A DNA stretch of 64,000 nt from Nitrospirota bacterium (lineage in GTDB: Bacteria; Nitrospirota; Thermodesulfovibrionia; Thermodesulfovibrionales; Dissulfurispiraceae): contig CAWHNC010000090.1 in the NCBI GenBank assembly GCA_963830245.1, positions 59,187 to 123,186 on the forward strand, written 5' to 3'. Positions 55,511 to 63,962 of this stretch are shown here, piece after piece. Position 1 is the first letter of the stretch; every line of letters begins with the position of its first letter. The notes below the pieces were generated by a model. That model was not told the DNA's origin. It saw nothing but the letters and a program-made list of their open reading frames with translations, and searched no databases. The translations under genes and the position numbers were made by a program.

Positions 55511-55625
55511 AGACTGAACCACAGAGACACGGAGGCACGGAGAAATTCTTTAAACAAATATTTACCGCTTTCTTTCAAAAAATCCATTTATTTCTCTGTG
55601 TCTCCGTGCCTCTGTGGTTCAGTCT
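55511..55625. repeat. 36-bp-stem intergenic hairpin built from RCACGGAG octamers
   Basis: 55511-55546 pairs with 55590-55625: the outer 16 bp are perfect, and overall there is 1 mismatch and 2 G-U. The loop is 43 nt. It fills the whole intergenic gap. Confidence 0.75.
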
Positions 55626-56320
55626 TTATTTCTTTCAGCTTCTTTTTCTTTTAAATTGACTATCTCTTTCCCGAGATTATCAAAGGCCGTTGAGGCCTTG
55701 CTTTTGACACCTTCGACAATCTCTTTCTCCTTATCAAGCACAACAGCCTTTTTGTATGTCTTTTCAGCTTTTTTTAGTGAATACGCGTCACCCATTTCAG
55801 CTTTTTTGAGTTCTTCTTTTGCCTTGTCAACAGCATAGCCTGTCATTTCATCAAGATTCTCAGCAGCGCCCTTTCTCTTAAGCACTGCTATCGCAAAGAC
55901 AAAGTTTTCCTTTTCGCCATGCTTTACGATGCGTGATCCTGCAAGGAATTCGTCAACCGTCTCTTCAACGATGGCGCTGAACTCGCTGCGGCATGCGCCC
56001 TGGTCCTGAAAGGTTCTATATATTTTGCCCTCGCATTGCCTGTCTATGCTTTCAGCTTTGATTCGCACCTTTATTTGCTTGGCGATATCAAGCCTCGCGA
56101 GGACCTCTGCCACTCTTTTATCATTATAGCGATTATCTGTCTTAGGCACTTCCGCTATCCCCACAATGTAGCTGTTTTGAGGGTATTCGAGGTATGCGGT
56201 TTCATACAAAGTCGCAGATGCGGCGTATGAGACACCAGGGAGAAAAATCATAATCATCATAATACTACTGATTACTGATTCCTTCAAGCGCACTATCACA
56301 CGTTCAGCTTTCTTAATCAT
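55619..56320 (-). CDS. secreted LPP20-like protein
   Basis: TM/signal segment. YIVGIAEVPK...RVAEVLARLDIAKQIKVRIKAES resembles the LPP20 core. K/E-rich tail. Confidence 0.5.
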   Translation of the reverse strand: MIKKAERVIVRLKESVISSIMMIMIFLPGVSYAASATLYETAYLEYPQNSYIVGIAEVPKTDNRYNDKRVAEVLARLDIAKQIKVRIKAESIDRQCEGKIYRTFQDQGACRSEFSAIVEETVDEFLAGSRIVKHGEKENFVFAIAVLKRKGAAENLDEMTGYAVDKAKEELKKAEMGDAYSLKKAEKTYKKAVVLDKEKEIVEGVKSKASTAFDNLGKEIVNLKEKEAERNKD

Positions 56321-56323
56321 ATA

Positions 56324-56773
56324 TCACTCTATCACCTTAACAACGAATATATCTTGTGTTATGCCGCCGCCGGTGTCGCCTATGGTAATCCTTAATTTAT
56401 GAATGCCGGCCGGCAGCTCTGCCCTGTCCACTTTCACGCCCTGTTTTGTGGTGTATCGTTTGACCCTGTCCGTAATATCGATATTGAAAAACTTGAGGCA
56501 TTCAACCTTGAACTTTGACAGATCGACCTCGCTGCCCTCTCGTGGTATGAACTGTACCTCGATTGCAAGCGGTGATTTGTATTCATGATTTGTTTCGGGA
56601 ACCACTATCATAATCCTGGGTCCGTTGTTCAGAGGTCTGCTGACCTCATAAACCCCTCCGGGTGCTTCCTGCATAGCGGCCTCTTCTTTAGTGAGCAGCA
56701 CTACTGCTTCAGCAGCGCTGCAGACTGAGAGGGCTACTGTCAGACAGATTATTGCCGCAAATATCCTTACCAT
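56324..56773 (-). CDS. secreted hypothetical protein (Ig-like size)
   Basis: Signal peptide ...SVCSAAEA, beta-rich, 149 aa. Confidence 0.5.
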   Translation of the reverse strand: MVRIFAAIICLTVALSVCSAAEAVVLLTKEEAAMQEAPGGVYEVSRPLNNGPRIMIVVPETNHEYKSPLAIEVQFIPREGSEVDLSKFKVECLKFFNIDITDRVKRYTTKQGVKVDRAELPAGIHKLRITIGDTGGGITQDIFVVKVIE

Positions 56774-56806
56774 GGCGATTTCTCCTTACACGCGCCTTAT
56801 GACAAC

Positions 56807-57436
56807 TTATGGCCGGTCTTTAGCTTCGGCCTCTTTCTGCTCAAGCTGCTTATGCAGGCGGTCAGCGTTTTTCCTTATGTATTCTTTTGTATTCGGGTCT
56901 ATGTCTTTTGTCTGATCAAGGTTGTTCTTTAACAATTCGATGTCAACTCTTGCCAATGAAAAGAGTTCTCCGGTTCCCGGATTTTGCCAATGATCAACGA
57001 TCTGGACTCCCCTTAGTGTCATTGCCGTAATTGTCTTGATGGCAGATTCGACGAGCTGGCTTTCTGAGCCGGCATTGGCAGACCCGGCATTCATGGACTC
57101 CATGTAGTCTTTTTGTAAAGAAGCAGTATATACCTGTATCTCTTTGGCAAGGGCCGCCCTTGCCCTGTCTTCAGAAGCCATTCTCAGCATGGAGGGGTTT
57201 TTCATTTCCGCTGCAGAACCGACGCCATAGAATACATTCCCGTGATGCCCGCTGAAAGCCCCGCTCCCCTTTACCACCCAGCCTGGAGCCTTAAGGTCCT
57301 GGATGGGTGTTGTTTCAGTAATCTTTTCGGCGCTTTTAGTGCTTCCACAACCTGTAAGCAAACCCGCAACCGCCAGTAATGCCAAAGCAAGTCTTAATGC
57401 CTTTATCATTTTTTTATCCTCCTGATTATATTTCAA
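56807..57436 (-). CDS. LPP20-family lipoprotein
   Basis: Lipobox LLTGCGS. PGWVVKGSGAF...FYGVGSA...RARAALAKEIQVYTAS matches the LPP20 pattern. Confidence 0.6.
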   Translation of the reverse strand: MKYNQEDKKMIKALRLALALLAVAGLLTGCGSTKSAEKITETTPIQDLKAPGWVVKGSGAFSGHHGNVFYGVGSAAEMKNPSMLRMASEDRARAALAKEIQVYTASLQKDYMESMNAGSANAGSESQLVESAIKTITAMTLRGVQIVDHWQNPGTGELFSLARVDIELLKNNLDQTKDIDPNTKEYIRKNADRLHKQLEQKEAEAKDRP

Positions 57437-57470
57437 CTTAACTTATATTAGACGGACACTAATCTGCCGT

Positions 57471-59123
57471 TTAGAATTCAAAATAGTCCGTTACCCCATT
57501 TTTTGAAACAACCACGCCATTTCTGCCTGTGGCTGATAAATAAACCCCGGAATTCCTTATGCCTTTTATATTTGTTTTGATCTCCGGTCTGTCTTTATAA
57601 TTTACAAGGCAGATCCTGTTGTTTTTCACAAGCAGGAATATCTGAGAATTCCGCGCTTTATACACCTTCAGGTTCTCTTTTTTTGTGACAGATATTTCTT
57701 CAACCAATTCATAATTGTTCTCTTTTCTGATAACAGCGCCTGGTTTAATTTTCATGTGCCTGGGAACCTCAATACCGAAATCAGGCTGCTCTTCCTTTGA
57801 TGGCGCAGCACCCAATGCGGGGTCCACATTTTTTTTCAGCATCCTGTTTAAGGCATTCAGGTTAATGGCAGCTATGTTATCGGCCTCCCTGAATGCGGCC
57901 AATATGGCCTCTGCCTTGTCGAGCATGGCTTCACTCCCCATCTCAAACCCCAGCATTATATAGACGACAGCCAGATTGTTCCTGATCTTTTTGTTTTCCG
58001 GAGATAACTTTAACGCGTCTTCAAGCACTGCCGCCGCGTCATAATACCTGTTGTCAATTATATAGGCGCACCCGAGATTATTTTTGGCTTCAGCATAGAA
58101 CGGGTCGTACTCCACCGCCTTTTTGAGGTCCTCTATCGCCGGGGCCAATAATTTTTTGTATTCATGGTACTTTTCTTCTGAATACCCCCTTGCAACAGGG
58201 ATTGTCTCTGCCCTTGTCTTTGTATCAATTCCAAAGGAGAGGGTGAAAGGGAATGATTCAGGTGTCCTCGATTCTAAAAATTGCTCATATGCCTGACGCA
58301 GGTAAATACTGCCAAGATCAGAGTAAACCTCTCTGCCGGGGAAATAAGAGGCATATCTGCCCAAAAGACTGATCGCATCATCATAGTGCCCTATATAATA
58401 GTTGATCACTCCCATTTTAAACAGGATGATCCTGTCCGAGACCTCTTTCAGGCGCATTCTGACCGCCATCAATCTTTTTCCATAAAAAGAGGCTATGCTG
58501 CTTGAGGAATTCAGGTCCGGATTTGACCATTTCGACCAGTCGAGAAAGAAGTTTTCGTCCTCATATATGATTTCAGCGCTTTTGTAGCTGGCGAGGGTGG
58601 CGTAAATAATACCGTATTGGTCTGCCTGCAATTCTTTGGACAGGAGCAGATCAGGTTTTTTGGCAAGCTCCCTTATGTCCTGAAATGCGAGTGAACTGTC
58701 CTTGTCGCCCGCCTTAGTGTTCAAAAACTTGTACTGCCAGAAATCCCCGTTGAACTGATGGGCGATCTCATGCCCGATAACAAAGGCGAGCCTTGAATCA
58801 CCCTTTTCAGGAGACCTCCCTTCATAGCAGAACTTAAGCGCGTCATTGGCCAGGATGATGGAACCGTCAGCAAGGGATTGAGCCCAGGGCGCCCCTTCAT
58901 GCCTGATAATATAAAGCGAGGGCTCTACGCCGACCCTCCTGTCTGCGGCAGAGAGGATATTGTTATAAATATTATGCGCCCTCTGGTACAGCCTGCCTGT
59001 TTTGACTTCTCCGTATTTGTTGATCCAGTATTCTTTTTTGCCCATGTCTTCAGCCGATGCGCCTGAGCAGACAAGCAAAACAAAAACAGAGGTCAAAAAA
59101 ATTGTCGTTAAGTGAGTTTTCAT
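57471..59123 (-). CDS. secreted M48-type zinc metalloprotease fused to TPR repeats
   Basis: FVIGHEIAHQF (HExxH) followed by several TPR-like AxxxY/L repeats. ATG 59123 gives a signal peptide; the ORF extends to 59165. Confidence 0.75.
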   Translation of the reverse strand: MKTHLTTIFLTSVFVLLVCSGASAEDMGKKEYWINKYGEVKTGRLYQRAHNIYNNILSAADRRVGVEPSLYIIRHEGAPWAQSLADGSIILANDALKFCYEGRSPEKGDSRLAFVIGHEIAHQFNGDFWQYKFLNTKAGDKDSSLAFQDIRELAKKPDLLLSKELQADQYGIIYATLASYKSAEIIYEDENFFLDWSKWSNPDLNSSSSIASFYGKRLMAVRMRLKEVSDRIILFKMGVINYYIGHYDDAISLLGRYASYFPGREVYSDLGSIYLRQAYEQFLESRTPESFPFTLSFGIDTKTRAETIPVARGYSEEKYHEYKKLLAPAIEDLKKAVEYDPFYAEAKNNLGCAYIIDNRYYDAAAVLEDALKLSPENKKIRNNLAVVYIMLGFEMGSEAMLDKAEAILAAFREADNIAAINLNALNRMLKKNVDPALGAAPSKEEQPDFGIEVPRHMKIKPGAVIRKENNYELVEEISVTKKENLKVYKARNSQIFLLVKNNRICLVNYKDRPEIKTNIKGIRNSGVYLSATGRNGVVVSKNGVTDYFEF

Positions 59124-59130
59124 TGCCCTA

Positions 59131-60030
59131 TTATTTGGACAGGATGAAGTCCCCTGTGTACTCAAAGTACTCTCCGTTACTCGGTTTGCCTGTAATTAAC
59201 CAACTATACTCTCTTTTTTTTATTATGATTTTCCTGTCCAAAGAAACCTTCGCCTCGTTGGTAATCCGTGAATAGATGACCTTCCCGTCTCTCTTCTCTT
59301 TTATTGAAAATGTATATATGGTGACATTATATATAGGCTTCCATTTAAAGACAATTTCTGATCCCACCTGAGTGATCTCCATATAGCTTACTTCTCTGGT
59401 AACATCCGTTCCTGTAAATCCAAAGGACGAGGGCACTTCAGAATTCCTGACAGTCAGTTTTTCAGTAGACTCTATTGGAATGATGGCAGGCTTCTCAGGC
59501 AACTTAAACATGATGAGAAGGACAATAGCGACCGCCACAGTCATTGCATATACGGGGATAGGGGGCAGCGATGATGCAAAGCCTGTTATGTATCCTTTGA
59601 TATGTTCATACACGGATGCCCTTTGTCTGTTTGCAGCTGGTTGTTCGGTCAGAGACTGCAAAGCCTTCGCCCTCCATTCATTCGGGACGGCCATCGCCTC
59701 TGCATCAGTATCAAGCGCCCGGTAGTAGGGGGCCGACCTGTCAAGGCAGCAATCGCATTGCATTATGTGTTTGGATATCGTTTCCATAGCAAGAGGCGGG
59801 GCTTCATTTTTTATATACGAGCCGAGCTCCCAGTCTTCAGGGCAGGAAGGTGTTGCCTGTTTGTCCTTGAATGCTTTTTGTAACCTTTGCTCCATCATTT
59901 TCAGGCCGCTATAAACTTCAAAGCATTTCCCGCACAAGGCAAGATGGTCTTCGCTTTCAGTATCCAGCGGACCGCCGTCGATGAAAGACTGGATTGTGTT
60001 TAAATCCAGATGCTCTTTTTTTCCATTCAT
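59131..60030 (-). CDS. anti-sigma factor (zf-HC2) with a single TM helix and a periplasmic domain
   Basis: HLALCGKC (H-x3-C-x2-C) near the N-terminus and TM segment IPVYAMTVAVAIVLLIMF. Lies directly downstream of the sigma-like genes. Confidence 0.6.
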   Translation of the reverse strand: MNGKKEHLDLNTIQSFIDGGPLDTESEDHLALCGKCFEVYSGLKMMEQRLQKAFKDKQATPSCPEDWELGSYIKNEAPPLAMETISKHIMQCDCCLDRSAPYYRALDTDAEAMAVPNEWRAKALQSLTEQPAANRQRASVYEHIKGYITGFASSLPPIPVYAMTVAVAIVLLIMFKLPEKPAIIPIESTEKLTVRNSEVPSSFGFTGTDVTREVSYMEITQVGSEIVFKWKPIYNVTIYTFSIKEKRDGKVIYSRITNEAKVSLDRKIIIKKREYSWLITGKPSNGEYFEYTGDFILSK

Positions 60031-60181
60031 AAGCCCCTGCTCCCCAATCCATTAGTCGTCATTCCCGAAGTAGTGATCGGGAATGACAGCTAAAAACATT
60101 GAACATAAGTAAAGAAGTATTAGTCACTCTACACCAGTTGCCATAAATGTTATTTGACGGACATAAAGTTTCAACTTTGAA

Positions 60182-60793
60182 CTATAGATCAATTTCCTCC
60201 AAAATATATTTCAAATTCTCCAACCCGAACGAGGCATCCTCTTTATAAAGGGCCTTGAGCTTCCTAAGCACGCCTTTCAGCCCAAGGTTCAGCTCATAAA
60301 AGACATCCTGCTCTTTCAGTTCGCCGAGGGTTTTATCAGGAACCAGACTGAACCCAAGTTTTTTTGAAAACCCGACAATATCCTTTGCAGACAGTTTATG
60401 CCTATATCTCAACCTCAACAAACGTTTTTGATGTACGGGGATTTGCTCCAGCGCATCTTTTAAAAAGGTGATGAATTCATCGATAATGAGTTTTTCATCC
60501 AGGTTAAGCCCGACCGAGGCCACAGGCAAGTCCTCAGCATCCGGATCATCTGAATGAATAGAGATAAATCGGGGTTCTTCTACAAGATAAAGCTGTCCGG
60601 TTTTGATAAGCAGATGCCTGATGCCGCTTATCTTATCCTTTGCCTTTTCGAGAGGCAGGCCAAGTTCCGTTGATATCTGCTCCGCGGATTTTCTTAGCCT
60701 CAGGCCTATAAATATCTTCTGATCAAGCTTATCAAGGGCTTTAATTGCTTTGGGGAGTCTTTCCGATACCCACTCGTTAATATGCCCTTCCAT
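60182..60793 (-). CDS. sigma-70 region-4-like protein (two HTH-like segments)
   Basis: LDKLDQKIFIGLRLRKSAEQISTELGLPLEKAKDKISGIRHLL, and a second segment IPVHQKRLLRLRYRHKLSAKDIVGFSKKLGFS. Confidence 0.5.
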   Translation of the reverse strand: MEGHINEWVSERLPKAIKALDKLDQKIFIGLRLRKSAEQISTELGLPLEKAKDKISGIRHLLIKTGQLYLVEEPRFISIHSDDPDAEDLPVASVGLNLDEKLIIDEFITFLKDALEQIPVHQKRLLRLRYRHKLSAKDIVGFSKKLGFSLVPDKTLGELKEQDVFYELNLGLKGVLRKLKALYKEDASFGLENLKYILEEIDL

Positions 60794-61166
60794 ACTTCCA
60801 TCTTAACCACTCGATATATGTTGACCTGGCGTTTATTATGGACCAGACAAATGTCTTAAGGCTGCAGTTGTTAGTGCCCTTGTATGCCTTGATTTTTTTC
60901 TTCAGAAATTCAAAAAACCAGACATATGATTCCATGCATTCATCGCATTGGTCAAGCGGGAAGCATTTTTCCCCTCTGCGTTGCTTACGAAGAACGATCA
61001 ATGAACATAATCTCTCTCTTGCAGAATAGGCGCAATGCGTCTTCATAAGAGCCGATACCTTTGAAAGAACAAGGTCCGTGTATTCAGCCACAAACTTTTC
61101 ACAAGCATCTGCATCGCGTGAACATACGCTTCCGGCAAATGTCAGATCCTCAACTATGCCTTGCAT
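60777..61166 (-). CDS. sigma-70 region-2-like protein with a Cys-rich insert
   Basis: FVAEYTDLVLSKV and SLKTFVWSIINARSTYIEWLRWKYGR resemble ECF regions 2.1 and 2.3-2.4. Overlaps the next ORF by 17 nt. Confidence 0.45.
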   Translation of the reverse strand: MQGIVEDLTFAGSVCSRDADACEKFVAEYTDLVLSKVSALMKTHCAYSARERLCSLIVLRKQRRGEKCFPLDQCDECMESYVWFFEFLKKKIKAYKGTNNCSLKTFVWSIINARSTYIEWLRWKYGRAY

Positions 61167-61249
61167 TAAAGACAGCTCCTCTCTTAAACAGGCACTGCAA
61201 TTGGCTTTTTCAGATTATCCGGAACCCGCATTCTTCACTGCTTCTGTTC

Positions 61250-62764
61250 TTATTTTGATTCTCTTTGCTGCGCTCTTTGCTTATTATCCGCCCTCGGACC
61301 CTGCCTCCCCTTATCAGCTTGTCTTGGTCTCTGTCTTTCCTGTATTTTACCCTGCGGCAGCTTTTGCAGTCTTGGCTGTTTTGCTTCTCCCATCCGGAGT
61401 TTTGGCTGTTTTGTCTCTCCCATCTTGAGCTTTTGCTGTTTTGCCTCTCCCATCTTGAGTTGTCTGCCCTGCTGCCGTCTAACCTGGTGTTGCTGTTCAT
61501 CAACAGGTCGAACAGGTCTTTCCTTTCCGGCTCTCGCCCTGTCAAAGCCCTCTTTTTTGCGGCTCTCCTGCTCTCGCTTTGCTTCCTCCCGCGATCTTAT
61601 GCCCTGTGCAGGTTTCTCTTCAACCTTATTAAGAGAACTATTATTAATTGTTATAACCCGGCTACGTTCATGAGTAGCCGGCCTGGAATTTGTGAACTCC
61701 TGCCGGAGCCGGAGTATATCATGCAGTTTCCTCTCCTTCTGCATATCCGCAAGGGCCATACCCCTGTTGTCTCTCTGACTATAAAGTCCAGCCCTCACGC
61801 GGTATGCCCACGGTTCGAGCGGATCCATGCGCATGGCCCTGTTGACCTCCTCCAGTGCCTGCTCCTTATCGCCGAACCGCTCAAACACAAAAGCCCTTGC
61901 CAGTGTGGCCCTTGTCTCTATCTCCGGGTTTAACCGGACTGCCTTATTCAGCGCTGCAAAAGCTTCCTGGGGAATATCCAGGAATACGTAGACAATGCTT
62001 GTCGCGATATATGCAGTCGGCGCCACCTGAGGACTCAGGGCAATAGCGTTATTCAGTGTATCAAGGGCTCCGTAGTAATCCCCGGAATTGATGTTCACAT
62101 AACCGTTTTGGACCATGTCGAGACCGCTGATCTGGTTCACATCATCATTATATGCGGTCACATAATCTTGCCGGACCACCTGCTGCGGCGCCGGTTGCGG
62201 GGATACATCGGCTGTCTGATCGCTGTGTTGACCCTGATTTTGCGGTGAGGTATCGGCGGTCTGATCACGCTGTTGACCCTGGGCTTGCATGGCGAGCATG
62301 TCCGCTTTAAGTCCCTCTACTTCAGTCTGGAGGTCGTCAATTTTTTTTTGAGTGTTTTCCAGCTCCACAATCTGATCCTGATTCCTGGCCATGTTTTCAA
62401 GCTTTTTGGCAATATCGTCGGGATCAAATGTCGCCTCGGCCTTCATATAGAAGACTTTGCCGTCCCATGACTCATCAATGACCTTGAGACCCACAATGCC
62501 TGCAGTCATGGCATTGATCTGGTCGGATTCAAGCTGGAGACCCTTAACAACGGTTGTGCCCGCGATATAGGTCCCGACCTCTTCCAGAACCAGCCTTTTG
62601 ATCTGCGCCATCGCCATGACCCTGCTTGAAGCCTTGCTGTCCTGCTCGCCGGCCTGATATGAATATTCTTTGACAATGGTTTTTTGAGCGGCATTCGCCA
62701 TGCCGGAAAGGAGGATAATGCCTGTAAGAAGAGAAATCAGTATCTGAAGGGTTCTGAGTTTCAT
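61250..62764 (-). CDS. secreted LPP20-like/coiled-coil/TPR protein with a repetitive basic tail
   Basis: Signal peptide, an N-domain similar to LPP20 paralogues, a Q-rich 15-aa duplication, TPR-like repeats and a KMGEAKQxKL x3 tail. Confidence 0.6.
   Translation of the reverse strand: MKLRTLQILISLLTGIILLSGMANAAQKTIVKEYSYQAGEQDSKASSRVMAMAQIKRLVLEEVGTYIAGTTVVKGLQLESDQINAMTAGIVGLKVIDESWDGKVFYMKAEATFDPDDIAKKLENMARNQDQIVELENTQKKIDDLQTEVEGLKADMLAMQAQGQQRDQTADTSPQNQGQHSDQTADVSPQPAPQQVVRQDYVTAYNDDVNQISGLDMVQNGYVNINSGDYYGALDTLNNAIALSPQVAPTAYIATSIVYVFLDIPQEAFAALNKAVRLNPEIETRATLARAFVFERFGDKEQALEEVNRAMRMDPLEPWAYRVRAGLYSQRDNRGMALADMQKERKLHDILRLRQEFTNSRPATHERSRVITINNSSLNKVEEKPAQGIRSREEAKREQESRKKEGFDRARAGKERPVRPVDEQQHQVRRQQGRQLKMGEAKQQKLKMGETKQPKLRMGEAKQPRLQKLPQGKIQERQRPRQADKGRQGPRADNKQRAQQRESK
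61371..61460. repeat. 3 x 30-bp in-frame tandem repeat
   Basis: Units 61371-61400, 61401-61430 and 61431-61460 differ at a few positions. They encode KMGE(A/T)KQ(Q/P)KL(K/R) in the minus-strand CDS. Confidence 0.85.
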
Positions 62765-63362
62765 TGATCCTCACCTGAATAATTGGATGATAACAAATTA
62801 CTTACTGCCATGCAAGGTAATTTTAGATGAGATGCCATATGGTTGGCAGTTATAGCACATATTCGCCATACTGAAACAATTATCCGATAAGCTATTAGCA
62901 ACGGTGCTCGATAGGAATAGGTACGAACTATTTGAATCTCGAAGCCCCAGGGCCGGACTAATGTTATTGTTTCATGAAAGTTCGCTTTCTTTCCTTGCCG
63001 ACGACTCTCGGCTAATGCCTTTGCTAAACCTCTTCTGACCTCAGCGTTATCTATAAGTTTTTGATCCGCAGGTCCGAGCAGTGCTCTAACCCGAACAATA
63101 TATTTCCCGATGCTGATTTCATCGGACCCTATTGCACGCGATAACAGTCGAGCACATGCCCGAAATAGCCATTCCCGTGAAAATGGAAGACGGTAGGACC
63201 ATCGATCTTTCCTGCAAAAGCTACACCGACGATTCCCCCATCGCTTAATTTAATCGTGTCAGTGGTGAATGATATGGACATCGTCATCTATTTCTCTTTC
63301 TGTTTGCTGCTGTCATACTGTCTTGCTCATCATTACTCTTATAATATATGCTTATTTTAAGC

Positions 63363-63713
63363 ATGAGAGAAAGAGCAAAAAAACCTCCAATTCCTTCCGA
63401 AAGACCTGATACAATCAGGCATGAAATTATAGCACTCCTTAAAGGCGCAACTTTTGCGGCAAAAGATATCTCTTCTCACGTTAAGATTACTGAAAAAGAA
63501 GCTTATGATCACCTTGAACATATTCGGAAGACCCTGGCCAGCATTCATGGGGCCCTCATTATTACTCCGGCAGAATGCAAAAAATGCGGCTTCATCTTCA
63601 AAAAGAGAGAGCGTCTCAAAAAGCCGGGCAGGTGTCCAGTGTGCCATAATGAGGCTATAGAAGCTCCACTTTTTTCGATAACTTTGCATGAAATTGACGG
63701 ACCAAAGGAGTAA
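63363..63713 (+). CDS. HTH domain fused to a C-terminal zinc ribbon (predicted transcriptional regulator)
   Basis: IRHEIIALLKG..FAAKDISSHVKITEKEAYDHLEHI, then CKKCGF...CPVCHN. Confidence 0.55.
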   Translation: MRERAKKPPIPSERPDTIRHEIIALLKGATFAAKDISSHVKITEKEAYDHLEHIRKTLASIHGALIITPAECKKCGFIFKKRERLKKPGRCPVCHNEAIEAPLFSITLHEIDGPKE

Positions 63714-63746
63714 TTATCCTTAAAGTCCGCATTGGGGGACACGGCT

Positions 63747-63962
63747 CTAAGGAATTTGGATAAGCTTTAATGCTATGCCGATAAGTGCGGCCTGTTCTTT
63801 GCTCATTTCGCCCAAGCTGTCACGTCGTTCTGTCATGCGCCGAAATCGAGTGAAGTCTGTCGGTAAACCTTCGGTATCCACAAGATAAGCAATTTTCTGG
63901 ATAATCCCCCTGATGTCTTCCGGATGTTTTATCCGACCTTTTATCTTGGGAAAATATTTCAT
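63747..63962 (-). CDS. hypothetical protein (weak)
   Basis: 71-aa ORF near the window edge, no family recognised. Confidence 0.3.
   Translation of the reverse strand: MKYFPKIKGRIKHPEDIRGIIQKIAYLVDTEGLPTDFTRFRRMTERRDSLGEMSKEQAALIGIALKLIQIP

Noticed and set aside
61371-61460. Three 30-bp direct repeats that might suggest a mini CRISPR array.
   Set aside because: The units are contiguous with no spacers, are in frame inside a CDS, and no cas genes are present.
61078-61933. Plus-strand ORFs (116, 222 and 82 aa) with Leu/Ser/Phe-rich repetitive sequence.
   Set aside because: They are antisense to the secreted TPR/LPP20-like gene and are driven by its tandem repeats. There are no start-site signals.
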